A DNA stretch of 64,000 bases from an uncultured virus (IMG/VR IMGVR_UViG_3300005549_000001) (lineage: Duplodnaviria > Heunggongvirae > Uroviricota > Caudoviricetes). The stretch's first letter is position 1. Each line of letters opens with the position of its first letter. The stretch lies in IMG/VR virus record IMGVR_UViG_3300005549_000001. The stretch is one strand, 5' to 3'. Below, in pieces: positions 63,904 to 64,000 of the stretch. Under the pieces are notes generated by a model that saw only the letters and a program-made list of their open reading frames with translations, ran no database searches and had not been told where the DNA came from. The translations under genes and the position numbers were made by a program.

Positions 63904-64000
63904 CTTTTTTCTCTCGACCCCCGCTAGTTTTTTATTGCTGCTCTTCGATCCCGTAGTGCGCGCGCTGCAGGGCGCGGGCCTTTTGCTGCAAGCGTCCGAC

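Noticed and set aside
1..64000. Many long antisense and alternative-frame ORFs (for example 20614-21948, 22194-23621, 36904-38259, 51266-52309)
   Set aside because: These are R/A/P/G-rich shadows expected from high GC3 bias, with no motifs or RBS, overlapping better-supported genes.
30000..64000. Very frequent CTCGAG/GAGCTC/TCGA palindromes as a signal
   Set aside because: Explained by preferred CTC-GAG (Leu-Glu) and GTC-GAC codon pairs.

Overview
The window is a dense, high-GC bacteriophage or provirus genome segment transcribed almost entirely on the minus strand. Reading right to left it has four regions. (1) An early region of small ORFs (about 51.3-63.9 kb) behind a sigma70-like promoter, including DUF932, J-domain, lipoprotein and NTP-pyrophosphatase genes. 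(2) An AT-rich iteron-like cluster of 12 GTCTCA hexamers at about 51.0-51.25 kb. (3) A replication and nucleotide module (about 30.9-50.7 kb): primase-NTPase, PD-(D/E)XK nucleases, DnaQ exonuclease, SNF2-like helicase, DHH phosphoesterase, adenine MTase, family A DNA polymerase, RuvC-like resolvase and ThyX. (4) A structural region (about 0.1-29 kb) in which I find no terminase, portal, HK97 capsid or tape measure. The structural region instead has beta-rich, Cys-rich candidate jelly-roll capsid proteins, a protamine-like/TM/LysM core protein and a transglutaminase-like Cys-His-Asp enzyme. It also encodes nine membrane-anchored proteins with different cargo domains that all begin with the same short tag, [ILV]-x-W-L-G-[QSAR]. 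This looks like an undescribed sorting or processing system of a tailless, membrane-containing virus. Two further shared tags (ENP and M-x-C) mark other gene blocks. An endonuclease VII gene is nested in another frame inside the still-open helicase frame, with no intron or intein. A plus-strand island (5.05-11.0 kb) carries a methyltransferase-glycosyltransferase-TPR enzyme, an HNH gene and a Ser/Thr-repeat surface protein. All family calls come from motifs read by eye; no searches were run.
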